Shown piece by piece: positions 44,073 to 52,306 of a stretch of 64,000 bases of DNA (its first letter is position 1; each line of letters opens with the position of its first letter). Under the pieces are notes generated by a model. It worked only from the letters and a program-made list of their open reading frames with translations. It was not told where the DNA came from and made no database searches. This stretch comes from a virus. Its lineage: Duplodnaviria > Caudoviricetes. The stretch covers positions 10,464-74,463 of IMG/VR virus record IMGVR_UViG_3300028638_000008. The stretch is one strand, 5' to 3'. The position numbers and the translations under genes were made by a program.

Positions 44073-44299
44073 TAATTATCCTCCACCGCTTCAACAAACG
44101 GCAAATCACCCGTTTTCGGCGCGTATTCCTCAACCGTTTTCTGCCAATTTTCAACAACCGCCTGATTTTTCAGGTTTTCCGCAAGGTGCGCGGCAATCTG
44201 CTCTTTCACGGTTGAAACAAGCCCGAAAGCCTGCTGCTGAGAGATTTTATAACCGTTAATCCGGTTAATAAGGTCGCAGAACATTTCGTCGAAAGTCAT
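44072..44299 (-). CDS. Hypothetical protein
   Basis: ORF track; RBS GGGGA. Confidence 0.6.
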   Translation of the reverse strand: MTFDEMFCDLINRINGYKISQQQAFGLVSTVKEQIAAHLAENLKNQAVVENWQKTVEEYAPKTGDLPFVEAVEDN

Positions 44300-44406
44300 A
44301 AATATCCCCTAATTTAATTTAAACGCCGTATAAGCGTTTTAAACACTTCGGGCATAAACATACCCGGTAAAATCAAAACAAACGCAACCACGGGCACGCT
44401 ATTGCA

Positions 44407-45030
44407 TTACATACCCATTTCCAAAAGCAGTATATCGACGTATCTTGCAAAGTCGTTAATTCTTATCTCCTCTCTCGTCATTTTTGCTACATGCCGAATT
44501 TCATTTAAAGCGTTCGGCGCGGTTCTCAACTCAAGAAAGTTAATAAACGACCGCAGGTTAATCGACCATGAAAAGGCTGTGCGTGTCGATTCTGGTAGCA
44601 GATATTTCAGCAAGTCATTCGGAACGCCTTCGGGTTTTAATTCTGCAATAGCATCATAAACAATTCGTTCAATAAGGGCTTTTTTTGCCAAATAACGCGC
44701 CGCCAAATCTATAGAAATGTGACTTGTATCAGGAGTAAAAAAAATCATACCCAAATCATTCTCGAGTATCATTTTGCCAAGACAAAAGCGCGTTGACTTT
44801 ACGGTTGGGCTTGCCATTCGATGCCGCATGTGTTCTTGCAGTTCAGCGCGGCTTGTGCCTTCGATGTGAAAATTAAGCACGATATGTTCGGCGCAAGAAA
44901 GATGTTTTTTAACGCTGATAACCTTGCGTGTTAGCTCGAAACTTGGCTCTGAATCGTAAGGTTGCGCGATTGCCTGATTAACAACTTCTACAGGCGTCAC
45001 GTTAAGCAGTTTTACTTTGATTTTATCCAC
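44407..45030 (-). CDS. thyX: Flavin-dependent thymidylate synthase
   Basis: HLSCAEH, SRA..QE..RHRMASPTVKSTRF (RHRxxSxxxxS), YLLPE, N.RS..NF..LR; GTG start 45030 with RBS AAGGGG. Confidence 0.9.
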   Translation of the reverse strand: MDKIKVKLLNVTPVEVVNQAIAQPYDSEPSFELTRKVISVKKHLSCAEHIVLNFHIEGTSRAELQEHMRHRMASPTVKSTRFCLGKMILENDLGMIFFTPDTSHISIDLAARYLAKKALIERIVYDAIAELKPEGVPNDLLKYLLPESTRTAFSWSINLRSFINFLELRTAPNALNEIRHVAKMTREEIRINDFARYVDILLLEMGM

Positions 45031-45199
45031 AATTTCCCCTTTCAATTTCAGCAGCCTTTTCAACCGCCCATTTAACTTTGCAATCTGCTTTTTTCGGGCA
45101 CTCATCGCAACTTGAAATACCCAAAACTTCAAAGCAGTCTGCAATCTGCAGCATAGCACAACCACAAAGAATATTCAAGATGGCGTTAAGATTCTTCAT
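45023..45199 (-). CDS. Small Cys-rich hypothetical protein
   Basis: ATG 45199 overlapping the upstream ORF. Confidence 0.4.
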   Translation of the reverse strand: MKNLNAILNILCGCAMLQIADCFEVLGISSCDECPKKADCKVKWAVEKAAEIERGNCG

Positions 45200-45491
45200 T
45201 TGCTTGCGCCTCCATTTCTTCAAGAAGGGTATCGGCCTCGTCGAGTGCTTCGGCAATAGTGCGTTCATGCGCCGCATTAGTCAGCTTTTGCAGCATGCCA
45301 TACATTTTCTTTGCATTGGCAAGCAGAACCGCGTCGCCGCGCTGCATAAAACCGACAAGGCCGAAGCCGTCGCCGGTTTGCGGGTTGTAAAAGCCGCCCG
45401 CAGCATGAACGTAAAAATACTTTTTATCGACGCCTTTATCTTTAATATCTGGATTAAAGGCAATCCATTCACCTTCTGTATGCTTAATCAT
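45186..45491 (-). CDS. Hypothetical protein
   Basis: HTEGEW..LLANAKKMYGML. Confidence 0.6.
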   Translation of the reverse strand: MIKHTEGEWIAFNPDIKDKGVDKKYFYVHAAGGFYNPQTGDGFGLVGFMQRGDAVLLANAKKMYGMLQKLTNAAHERTIAEALDEADTLLEEMEAQANEES

Positions 45492-45663
45492 GTTTCAATT
45501 CTCCCTCTGTATAATAAATAATATCGTCTGCCGCGTAGCCCTTCGGTAGTTTAAAATTCAACTTTTCGTGCAGGACACCGTATTTAACAACGCCTTTTTG
45601 ATTCTCTACGGCGACTATTTTACCCTCACCGTGCAGGGTGATAACATGGTCATTCATTTTCAT
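45484..45663 (-). CDS. Hypothetical protein (59 aa)
   Basis: MKMNDHVITLHGEGKIVAVE...; RBS GGAG. Confidence 0.55.
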   Translation of the reverse strand: MKMNDHVITLHGEGKIVAVENQKGVVKYGVLHEKLNFKLPKGYAADDIIYYTEGELKHD

Positions 45664-45714
45664 AAAAACTCCTATGTAAAAAAGCCCGGCTCATTTTCAG
45701 AGCCGGGCGGTTAA

Positions 45715-46032
45715 TCAAAGGCTCAGGCCGTTAGCGCCGATTATTTGGCCGTCGGCATTTCTAACGGGTGCGCCGGGCACCATTACGTCGGCGCGGTCGG
45801 CAACGCGGTCTTTGACCATACGGCTGACGACCAATACAACGCCATCGACTGCGGCGGGCAGGTCGATAACATCGCCGAATACCGACTTGGTAACGGCGAT
45901 ACCGTTTACGTTGCCAACAGTTTCTGTTTTTGCAGAAACACGGGCAACTGTGCCAGAAGGCTGAATGTTGACGGTAGAGCCGTCAACAGAGATAAGATTC
46001 AGAATGTGGGGGGTCAGGTTGCGAATTTCCAT
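45715..46032 (-). CDS. 'NLTPH'-motif protein; candidate Crn4-like cyclic-oligoadenylate ring nuclease
   Basis: IRNLTPH.L..IQPSG.VARV..LP..G..LVVS.MV..RAD.MVPG..R..G.IIG; own promoter and terminator. Confidence 0.5.
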   Translation of the reverse strand: MEIRNLTPHILNLISVDGSTVNIQPSGTVARVSAKTETVGNVNGIAVTKSVFGDVIDLPAAVDGVVLVVSRMVKDRVADRADVMVPGAPVRNADGQIIGANGLSL

Positions 46033-46076
46033 AAAACACCTCTTTTTTTAATTTTGAGCTTCAAGCTCATGTTTTT

Positions 46077-46105
46077 ATATTACCATGCAAGTTTTTAAAT
46101 TGCAA
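46077..46105 (-). promoter_or_regulatory. Early sigma70 promoter (TTGCAA-N17-TAATAT)
   Basis: Repeated promoter family. Confidence 0.7.
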
Positions 46106-46209
46106 GTAATTTTTTAAAATATTTTAAGCCTTTTTAAAACTTGCTCAGGTTTCTATGATTAATCGAGGTCTGCCAGAAAAACATCGCCGCCGCCCATCGG
46201 GGCAACCTT

Positions 46210-46530
46210 TCAAATATCTTCCTGCCATTTACAAGCTTCGGCTTCCCGAACTTCGTCAGCTAGAGTTCTTGGCGCTCTGCTAAGGTTTAGATCGAGTTGA
46301 AGTTTTTCGGCATCGGCAAGAAGTTTGACTGCCGAATCAATACAAGACTGCAAAGACTGTTTTGCAATCACCGGTGCAAGCAGACTTTCATCAAGCTTGC
46401 GGTTTTCAACAAGCCATGCAAGCTCGTTGAGATTGCGAGCAAGACGGCGGGTCTGCTCTGTATCTTTGCCAATTCTTGCGAACTTGGCAAGGGTTTCAAT
46501 CATTTTGTTTAAAGTTTCAAGATTTTTCAT
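46210..46530 (-). CDS. Hypothetical helical protein
   Basis: ATG 46530 with RBS GAGGT. Confidence 0.6.
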   Translation of the reverse strand: MKNLETLNKMIETLAKFARIGKDTEQTRRLARNLNELAWLVENRKLDESLLAPVIAKQSLQSCIDSAVKLLADAEKLQLDLNLSRAPRTLADEVREAEACKWQEDI

Positions 46531-46567
46531 ACTTTTACCTCGTTTTTGAATTTCGCTCACAAGATTA

Positions 46568-46596
46568 AATATAAACTATGTAAAAATAAAAAACAA
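46568..46596 (-). promoter_or_regulatory. Early sigma70 promoter (TTGTTT-N17-TATATT)
   Basis: Repeated promoter family variant. Confidence 0.6.
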
Positions 46597-46635
46597 GCAT
46601 TATTTTTTAATTTTTAGAAAAAAGATTTTTATGCT

Positions 46636-47052
46636 ATGATGAAGGTAGATAAAATAAGGAGTTTGCCAATGAAAGACGCTTTTTCTGTCGAAACCCTCAT
46701 CAAAGTATTATCAAGCTTCGGCGCTTATTTCGCGCTCATGGCATTTCCTGAAAAAGTAGTTGTGATAACATTAGCTTTTATGATTCTTTGCGTGTTTATT
46801 TTTGCAATTTGGGCCTATTTTCAAACGCGCAAGAGCAATAATCAAACTAACCGGGTTGTCGAAGTTTTTGAAAAGCGCTTTTTACTTACAGAATCACGCG
46901 CAAATCTGCTAACAGATATACATATAAAACGCCACTCCGAAGATGGAGCAGCGTTCTTTCAACTTGAGAGATTGCAGGCGCAAGAGCGCTTCGACGAAAT
47001 GCAAGACGGCGCTTTGTGCGGCTCATGCGGCAAACACGACAAAAAAGATTAG
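46636..47052 (+). CDS. Hypothetical membrane protein
   Basis: Two hydrophobic segments; lone + strand gene in the - strand region. Confidence 0.55.
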   Translation: MMKVDKIRSLPMKDAFSVETLIKVLSSFGAYFALMAFPEKVVVITLAFMILCVFIFAIWAYFQTRKSNNQTNRVVEVFEKRFLLTESRANLLTDIHIKRHSEDGAAFFQLERLQAQERFDEMQDGALCGSCGKHDKKD

Positions 47053-47288
47053 TTTTTTGGCATCAGAGAGGCTTTTAAAACCTCTAACAAGCCGATAGCC
47101 TGCACCCGAGTTACATTCGGCGAGTTTATTTCAAGATTATACGCGCCCGTTTTGGCGTCGAAAAAGATAATCATGCAATCATCGGTCTTGCCGTTAAGTT
47201 CATAACGGTATTGCGTTAGTTTGCGCTCGAAAAATTCTTTATTTTGCTGCCATTGCTGATGATTGGCTACTGCTTCGGCTTGGCTCAT
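47049..47288 (-). CDS. Hypothetical protein
   Basis: ORF track. Confidence 0.55.
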   Translation of the reverse strand: MSQAEAVANHQQWQQNKEFFERKLTQYRYELNGKTDDCMIIFFDAKTGAYNLEINSPNVTRVQAIGLLEVLKASLMPKN

Positions 47289-47464
47289 GGCTCAACCCCG
47301 ATTTTAACAAGGCCGTCGTAAATGCCTTGCGCGACCTCTTTCACCTTTGCGCGGCGCTCGTCATCTTCCGGTAGTTCATGGTAAATTTTCCAAAGCTTAA
47401 CTCGCCTTAGTTTCAATTCTTCGACTTGCGCCTGTGCTTTTTTGCTTAGTTTTTCTTTTTTCAC
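47285..47464 (-). CDS. Hypothetical protein (59 aa)
   Basis: GTG start; MKKEKLSKKAQAQVEELKLRRVKLWKIYHELPEDDERR... Confidence 0.45.
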   Translation of the reverse strand: MKKEKLSKKAQAQVEELKLRRVKLWKIYHELPEDDERRAKVKEVAQGIYDGLVKIGVEP

Positions 47465-47876
47465 TTTTTATACCCTTTTCTTTCGGCTTTGTAGGCAATC
47501 TCAGCGTGTCATTAACCTTAAAGCCCGTTATATAACTAACGCCGCCGCGTGTCGCGTAAACAGCCTGAGTTATCAGCAATTCAATACCATGACAAGCATA
47601 CATCAACTTAAATTTCAGCTTAAACGCTGCCGGTATCATGCCTTTAACATCTTCGACAATCGTTTTGCCGCGATGCTCATAAACAAAATCTGCGATATAG
47701 CTGCAAACTTTCAGGCCATTAACGCATAAATCATACTTTTTCTGCAACTCAAGATTTTTTATCAGCCCGGCTTTTTCTTTGCGCCTTAACATCTGATACC
47801 GTGCGCCTTCGGCCTTAGAATCAAACCTTATGCCGTCGATAATACATTTTTTCGCGCCAGTTTTATTCCTGCTCAA
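47397..47876 (-). CDS. DUF1064-family PD-(D/E)xK nuclease
   Basis: IDGIRFDSKAE..RY..L..G.I..LELQ..Y.ADFVY..VEDVKG. Confidence 0.85.
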   Translation of the reverse strand: MSRNKTGAKKCIIDGIRFDSKAEGARYQMLRRKEKAGLIKNLELQKKYDLCVNGLKVCSYIADFVYEHRGKTIVEDVKGMIPAAFKLKFKLMYACHGIELLITQAVYATRGGVSYITGFKVNDTLRLPTKPKEKGIKSEKRKTKQKSTGASRRIETKAS

Positions 47877-48166
47877 AATGGCTCCGTTTCGTTCATAAAT
47901 CGCTCAAATACCGATATTTTGCCCTGTTTGCCGATAAAACGCATAAGGCCATAATGAACCAAATCATTCATAATCTGCATGGCTTCGGCTTTTGGCTTAT
48001 CCAGCAAATCTGCAAGGCGCTTATAAGTCCAGAGGCGCTCTGACATCGTTTTAAACAATTCCAAAGCCGCCTCCGGGGTTATAAGCCGGTAGTCGAGATC
48101 TGAACTGTTCGCAAAAAGCACTTTCTTGAAAGGCTTTGCTTTTTCAGGTCTACCGCGTGAATTCAT
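47873..48166 (-). CDS. Hypothetical HTH-like protein
   Basis: WTYKRLADLLDKPKAEAMQIMNDLV..G. Confidence 0.5.
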   Translation of the reverse strand: MNSRGRPEKAKPFKKVLFANSSDLDYRLITPEAALELFKTMSERLWTYKRLADLLDKPKAEAMQIMNDLVHYGLMRFIGKQGKISVFERFMNETEPF

Positions 48167-48168
48167 GG

Positions 48169-48576
48169 TTAGAAGGGCACCGGACTATCTTCATCGGCTG
48201 TCGGTGCGAAGTCTGAGCCGTTATCATAACCACTATTGCCGCCTTCGCTCTTTCCGCTCAAAAACTGCACATTATCGGCAACAATATCGGTTGCGCTGCG
48301 TTTGGTGCCGTCCTGCGCCTCCCATGAGCGGTTGTTAAGCCTGCCTTCGACAAGCACCGATTTGCCTTTTGTCAGATATTTTGCGCAATTCTCACCCGAT
48401 TTGCCCCATACGACAACATTAAAAAATGCAACTTCTGTTTTCCATTCCTCACCCTGTTTATATTTACGATTAACCGCAATACTGAAATTGCAAACAGAAT
48501 TGCCCTGCCCGGTATGCTTCAACTCCGGGTCGCGGGTTAGATTACCCATCAAAAATACTTTATTCAAACTAGCCAT
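48169..48576 (-). CDS. ssb: Single-stranded DNA-binding protein
   Basis: LNKVFLMGNLTRDPEL..FSIAVNR..VEGRL..acidic tail ending PF. Confidence 0.97.
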   Translation of the reverse strand: MASLNKVFLMGNLTRDPELKHTGQGNSVCNFSIAVNRKYKQGEEWKTEVAFFNVVVWGKSGENCAKYLTKGKSVLVEGRLNNRSWEAQDGTKRSATDIVADNVQFLSGKSEGGNSGYDNGSDFAPTADEDSPVPF

Positions 48577-48587
48577 TTAAACCCCTT

Positions 48588-48815
48588 TCAATTCCAAGTA
48601 TCGGTATTATACTCTTTCAGTTCGTTAATATCAATCAAAATCAATTCAAAATCTGCAATTTCTTTTTGAGTTAGCTGCCGCTTGTAAAACACAACGCCAT
48701 GCCTGATGCGGCTTTTTTCATTTCTATAACTCGTATCAAAACCGCAATAATCACGCGGCACTGTGCCAATATCAAGCGGCCTTGCGCGTAGCCCGTAGGC
48801 GTAAATATTATCCAC
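48588..48815 (-). CDS. Stand-alone DarA C-terminal-like domain protein
   Basis: YAYGLRARPLDIGTVP..HGVVFYKRQLT.KEI.DFEL. Confidence 0.6.
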   Translation of the reverse strand: MDNIYAYGLRARPLDIGTVPRDYCGFDTSYRNEKSRIRHGVVFYKRQLTQKEIADFELILIDINELKEYNTDTWN

Positions 48816-48960
48816 CTTGTTTATCCCATTCTGCCCCCGCAATATCGGCGGCGGCTTTGTTCTCAGCCGTTGGCGCGTCTGCCAACTTGATTAACGCCTG
48901 CAAATATTTATTGCAAACATCGTAAAACGCTTTTGTTTTCGGGTTTATTTCGTCTAGCAT
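48808..48960 (-). CDS. Hypothetical protein (50 aa)
   Basis: MLDEINPKTKAFYDVCNKYLQALIKLADA... Confidence 0.4.
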   Translation of the reverse strand: MLDEINPKTKAFYDVCNKYLQALIKLADAPTAENKAAADIAGAEWDKQGG

Positions 48961-49163
48961 AGTTTCAGGTAAGCAATCTCAGGCTTGCCACAATGCGGCG
49001 TCGCTCTGACTAGCACCGTATCAACCAAATCGGCCTCATGCAGCATATTCAGAGCGCTTTTAATCGCCGTTCTGCCTTTGCCGGTTTTCTGCATAATCAG
49101 ATTTTTCGTCATGTAATGGTCTTCTGAAAGTAAATCAAGTATTTTCTGTTCAAGGTCTGTCAT
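48954..49163 (-). CDS. Winged-HTH-like protein
   Basis: ILDLLSEDHYMTKNLIM..SALNML; similar to 51594-51830. Confidence 0.55.
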   Translation of the reverse strand: MTDLEQKILDLLSEDHYMTKNLIMQKTGKGRTAIKSALNMLHEADLVDTVLVRATPHCGKPEIAYLKLC

Positions 49164-49202
49164 GGTATTAACGGGCGGGTGTTACCCCGCCCTTTTCCTT
49201 TC

Positions 49203-50108
49203 TTATCTTTTCGCTTTTTCTTTGGCTTCAACGATACCCTGCAAGCCTTTTATTACATCATTCAGGCGGCTTTCTGGCAGCGCGGCAAGCAGTTCGGCGG
49301 TTGTCTTTTCTGACGCATCGCCAAGCAGAGTTTTGATAGTTCTTTCGGCAAATTCAGGCTTGAGTCCGGCTTTTGTTTTCAGTTCTTCGATTTCGGCAAG
49401 CAGGGCGGCGCGTGGGTCTGCTGTTTCTTCCGGCTTTTCCGGTTCTGCGTGTTTTTCGGCAAAAGCCGCATCTACCGCATTGTTAATGGCTTCGGTTGTG
49501 ACTTTGGTCGGCGTCACGTTGATAACCTGCATATCTTCAATCTCATCGAGCGAGTTAAGCCCCATAAGGCACTCAGGCGCGTAGGTGCGAATCAGCCAAA
49601 GGCTTGAGCGGTATCTGAACATCTGGTCGGGCATGGTCAGCCACTTTGAGCCGCCCTTTTTGTTCCAACCTTCGGCGTTTACGGTCTGCCAGTCGATTGT
49701 GAGGCTAACCGGCTTTTTACTCTTGGCAAGAATCGCCGTAGCGGTGCAGCTTCGAGTATCGCCCTGCCCGCTGAATTTATGCTCAATCGGGCCTTCAAAA
49801 ACGCCGCGCTGATTGGCGATTGCAATGGCAACCTGAGCTTCAATACCGATTTTGCCGCCGATATTGTAGATTTTCTGAAACAGCATGAATGGGTTCACGC
49901 CCAACTGTGCCGCAAGCTGCAAACCTACAAAGCACGCTGCCGGGTTGTTTTCAAAGTTCTTTGGCACAAGACCGCTTTTGCTAAAAAGCGTTGCCGCCCG
50001 CTGCATCTGCTCAAATACTGGCACATTAAGCAAAGTCTGCATCATGGCATCATTGCCGGTCATGGTCATCATCTGCGTGTTGTTTTCGTTTTTGGTTTCA
50101 GTAGTCAT
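49203..50108 (-). CDS. RecT-like single-strand annealing protein
   Basis: FSKSGLVPK.F..NPA.C..LG.NP...Q.IY.I.G..W..MPDQM..YR..LMG; next to a RecE-like gene. Confidence 0.8.
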   Translation of the reverse strand: MTTETKNENNTQMMTMTGNDAMMQTLLNVPVFEQMQRAATLFSKSGLVPKNFENNPAACFVGLQLAAQLGVNPFMLFQKIYNIGGKIGIEAQVAIAIANQRGVFEGPIEHKFSGQGDTRSCTATAILAKSKKPVSLTIDWQTVNAEGWNKKGGSKWLTMPDQMFRYRSSLWLIRTYAPECLMGLNSLDEIEDMQVINVTPTKVTTEAINNAVDAAFAEKHAEPEKPEETADPRAALLAEIEELKTKAGLKPEFAERTIKTLLGDASEKTTAELLAALPESRLNDVIKGLQGIVEAKEKAKR

Positions 50109-50892
50109 CGTCGTTTTCTCCCTCGTTTATTAGTTTCAAAGCCCAATAGGGCAGTTTCACAGCTTGAATTTTGTCTGAGTAACCCGGCCAGATACCGGAT
50201 TCTGAACATTCTTTATACAATTTAATCAGTTTTTGCCTTTCTTTTTCTCCCGCTTCTATAGATTCATGGTCAATCACGAATACCGCCGTGCAGTATGGCG
50301 GCTCATTCTCAACCGCGATAATGTAAAAGTTTTCAGCCGGTAATTCATTCGCAGCGGCCCCGTAAAGGTAATGCGCGGCCTGAATGTGATAACCAAACTT
50401 GAAAATACTTTTCTCAAACTCTTTCATTTCGGCGCTGGTTGTAGTTTTTAAGTCTAGCACGCCGAAAGGCAAAAGTCCATCTATTTTTCCTTTCATTTGC
50501 AAGTTATTTTCTTGCCATTCGATTTCTTTTTCGGCTTCAAGCATCAAAGCCAGCAGTTTGCTTGCTGCCGGGTGTGCCTTCACGCTTTCGGCCATTGCCT
50601 TAACTGCTTCTGCATCATCGGCACTCAATACTATTTTATCGGCGTTCTCAAGTGCAAAATTGGCCTTAATCAGCTTCGCCGCATTGCTATTACCTTTTGC
50701 CGATTCAGGCAACACAGCAAAAACGGTTTTATTCTCAAGCACAATCGCATGTAAACAGGTTCCTAACTGCATTGCCGCGCTTGGCGATTTTGGGTTGTCC
50801 ATTGCGTATTTTGCATGTGCGGGCGAGCGTCTAAGCAGTTTTAACGTGCTTTGACTGACCGCCTTTTTTGCAAAATATTCTTTATCGCCCAT
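50098..50892 (-). CDS. RecE-like exonuclease (DUF3799 / PD-(D/E)xK)
   Basis: VSQSTLK..SPAH..GT.LH..LE..KGKIDG..DLKTT..YHIQAAHY..AVE.EPPY. Confidence 0.9.
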   Translation of the reverse strand: MGDKEYFAKKAVSQSTLKLLRRSPAHAKYAMDNPKSPSAAMQLGTCLHAIVLENKTVFAVLPESAKGNSNAAKLIKANFALENADKIVLSADDAEAVKAMAESVKAHPAASKLLALMLEAEKEIEWQENNLQMKGKIDGLLPFGVLDLKTTTSAEMKEFEKSIFKFGYHIQAAHYLYGAAANELPAENFYIIAVENEPPYCTAVFVIDHESIEAGEKERQKLIKLYKECSESGIWPGYSDKIQAVKLPYWALKLINEGENDDDY

Positions 50893-50905
50893 TTTTTACC
50901 TCTTT

Positions 50906-51325
50906 TCAATCTTCGGAAAAATCATAATCTCCCGGCCTCGCGCCGAAACGGTTGTGTTTTACATCGTGGCTTGTAAAATCAATGAAATACAGCCCCGGCT
51001 CAACAAGCCCGCTCTGCTCTGCTAATATAAGCGCCTGATTATACGCCTTTTGAGCGGTAAAACTAAGCGTGCCGTATTCTTTGTGTTTCAGACATTCCGC
51101 AACTTCCCAAAAGTTCTGACAAACAAAGCTGCGATTCTTACGGCTACCATCAGCCCAAACACTGACCACATCAACCACGAAGTTTTCTTTATCCGTGTAA
51201 TAAATAAAAAACTCTGTCCAGCGGCCTGCATCGGCATTTACCGGCGATTTACTGCTTTTATGCGCAAGCAAATCACCGTTAAAAATCAAATCAAGGCCGC
51301 GATTTTTCACCGTGTATTTTTGCAT
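50906..51325 (-). CDS. Hypothetical protein
   Basis: RBS GGAGG; F.GDLL..RWTE..IY.T..FVV. Confidence 0.6.
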   Translation of the reverse strand: MQKYTVKNRGLDLIFNGDLLAHKSSKSPVNADAGRWTEFFIYYTDKENFVVDVVSVWADGSRKNRSFVCQNFWEVAECLKHKEYGTLSFTAQKAYNQALILAEQSGLVEPGLYFIDFTSHDVKHNRFGARPGDYDFSED

Positions 51326-51346
51326 GGTTCCTCCTTTCTTGGGTTG

Positions 51347-51375
51347 ATTATAGCCTATTTTAATAGGGATTGCAA
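51347..51375 (-). promoter_or_regulatory. Early sigma70 promoter (TTGCAA-N17-TATAAT)
   Basis: Repeated promoter family. Confidence 0.8.
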
Positions 51376-51381
51376 GTTTAT

Positions 51382-51597
51382 TTATAAATCTTTTTTCCGA
51401 TACTCAAATAACCCGCATTTTGCCACCAACGCCGCAAAAGCAGTATCGCGGCTTTTTTCGGTCTTATATTTCGCGTGCAAGTGCCAATAATTAAACACGC
51501 AACCCATTTCCGGCAATGATATCCAGCCTAATTCGGTTGTGTATTCGCTTGCAAACATCGGCTTTATCAGCTTCTTTTCGATTGCAAACTTTTTCAT
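51382..51597 (-). CDS. Hypothetical protein
   Basis: ORF track. Confidence 0.5.
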   Translation of the reverse strand: MKKFAIEKKLIKPMFASEYTTELGWISLPEMGCVFNYWHLHAKYKTEKSRDTAFAALVAKCGLFEYRKKDL

Positions 51598-51830
51598 AAC
51601 AACCTATAGGCCACCTGTGCGCGACCTTTGCCGGGGTTTATTTTCACCTTGATGATTTCGGCTTCTTCACGGGCCACCAAAAAGCCCATGCAGGCGGCAA
51701 CCGACTCAAGGCTTGTGTCGCTATCTTCGATTAGCACTTTTTTTGTTGTGAAGTGCTCATAAGAAAGCACCTTCAGAATGGATGCCACCGCCTTCTTGGT
51801 TCTTGGATTAACTCTGTTTTGTCGTTTCAT
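51594..51830 (-). CDS. Winged-HTH-like protein (paralog of 48954-49163)
   Basis: ILKVLSYEHFTTKKVLI..GKGRAQVAYRL. Confidence 0.5.
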   Translation of the reverse strand: MKRQNRVNPRTKKAVASILKVLSYEHFTTKKVLIEDSDTSLESVAACMGFLVAREEAEIIKVKINPGKGRAQVAYRLL

Positions 51831-51944
51831 TTCTGCCTCTTTTGTGTTTTTGGGCCATCAGCTCTTAACTTACTTCCCATCTCGAAAGCGTTTGCTTCAG
51901 TTGCCAGCGCAAACAAGCTGCGTCAGAGTGTCGTCTGACTCCAC

Positions 51945-52027
51945 TGCGGCGCGGGGGAATCGAACCCCCATAGCCTTTCGGCTGAGTGATTTTAAGTCAC
52001 TTGTGTATGCCATTTCACCACCGCCGC
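51945..52027 (-). tRNA. tRNA-Leu (anticodon UAA), no encoded CCA
   Basis: GCGGCGG TG GTGAAATGGCATACAC A AGTGA CTTAAAA TCACT, long variable arm AGCCGAAAGGCT, T-arm GGGGG TTCGATT CCCCC, discriminator A; G7:G66 mismatch. Confidence 0.92.
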
Positions 52028-52271
52028 TAGTGCCCCATCGCTAGAATTTGCAGTGAGGGGCTGCACCGCTTCATAACCGCTCTAGCACGTTCTCAATCAG
52101 TAGCTTTCGCCACCTTTTGAGGCTTGCAAGACGCGCCGCGTATGCACAATTACCACGACGCGCCCGTTACTACAACACCGCATGGGTGCTAAGCTCTTAT
52201 TATCTGCTGAGGGCTTGAACCTCACGCGCCGACCGTTAGCCAGCATACTTTCAGGCGGGCAACCTTGCAGG
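52028..52271 (-). ncRNA. Candidate structured RNA between a promoter and tRNA-Leu
   Basis: No ORF of 60 aa or more; several hairpins with GNRA loops, a tRNA-like T-arm (TGAGG TTCAAGC CCTCA), a possible pseudoknot. Confidence 0.4.
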
Positions 52272-52277
52272 CCAGTT

Positions 52278-52306
52278 ATTATACATCATTCCGCGTTATG
52301 AATCAA
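52278..52306 (-). promoter_or_regulatory. sigma70 promoter (TTGATT-N17-TATAAT) for the ncRNA/tRNA transcript
   Basis: Overlaps the 3' end of the upstream CDS. Confidence 0.65.

Noticed and set aside
52200-52271. Second functional tRNA (Ser-like) upstream of tRNA-Leu
   Set aside because: T-arm and variable-arm-like stems are present, but the anticodon stem, U33 and acceptor stem do not form; treated as part of the candidate ncRNA.
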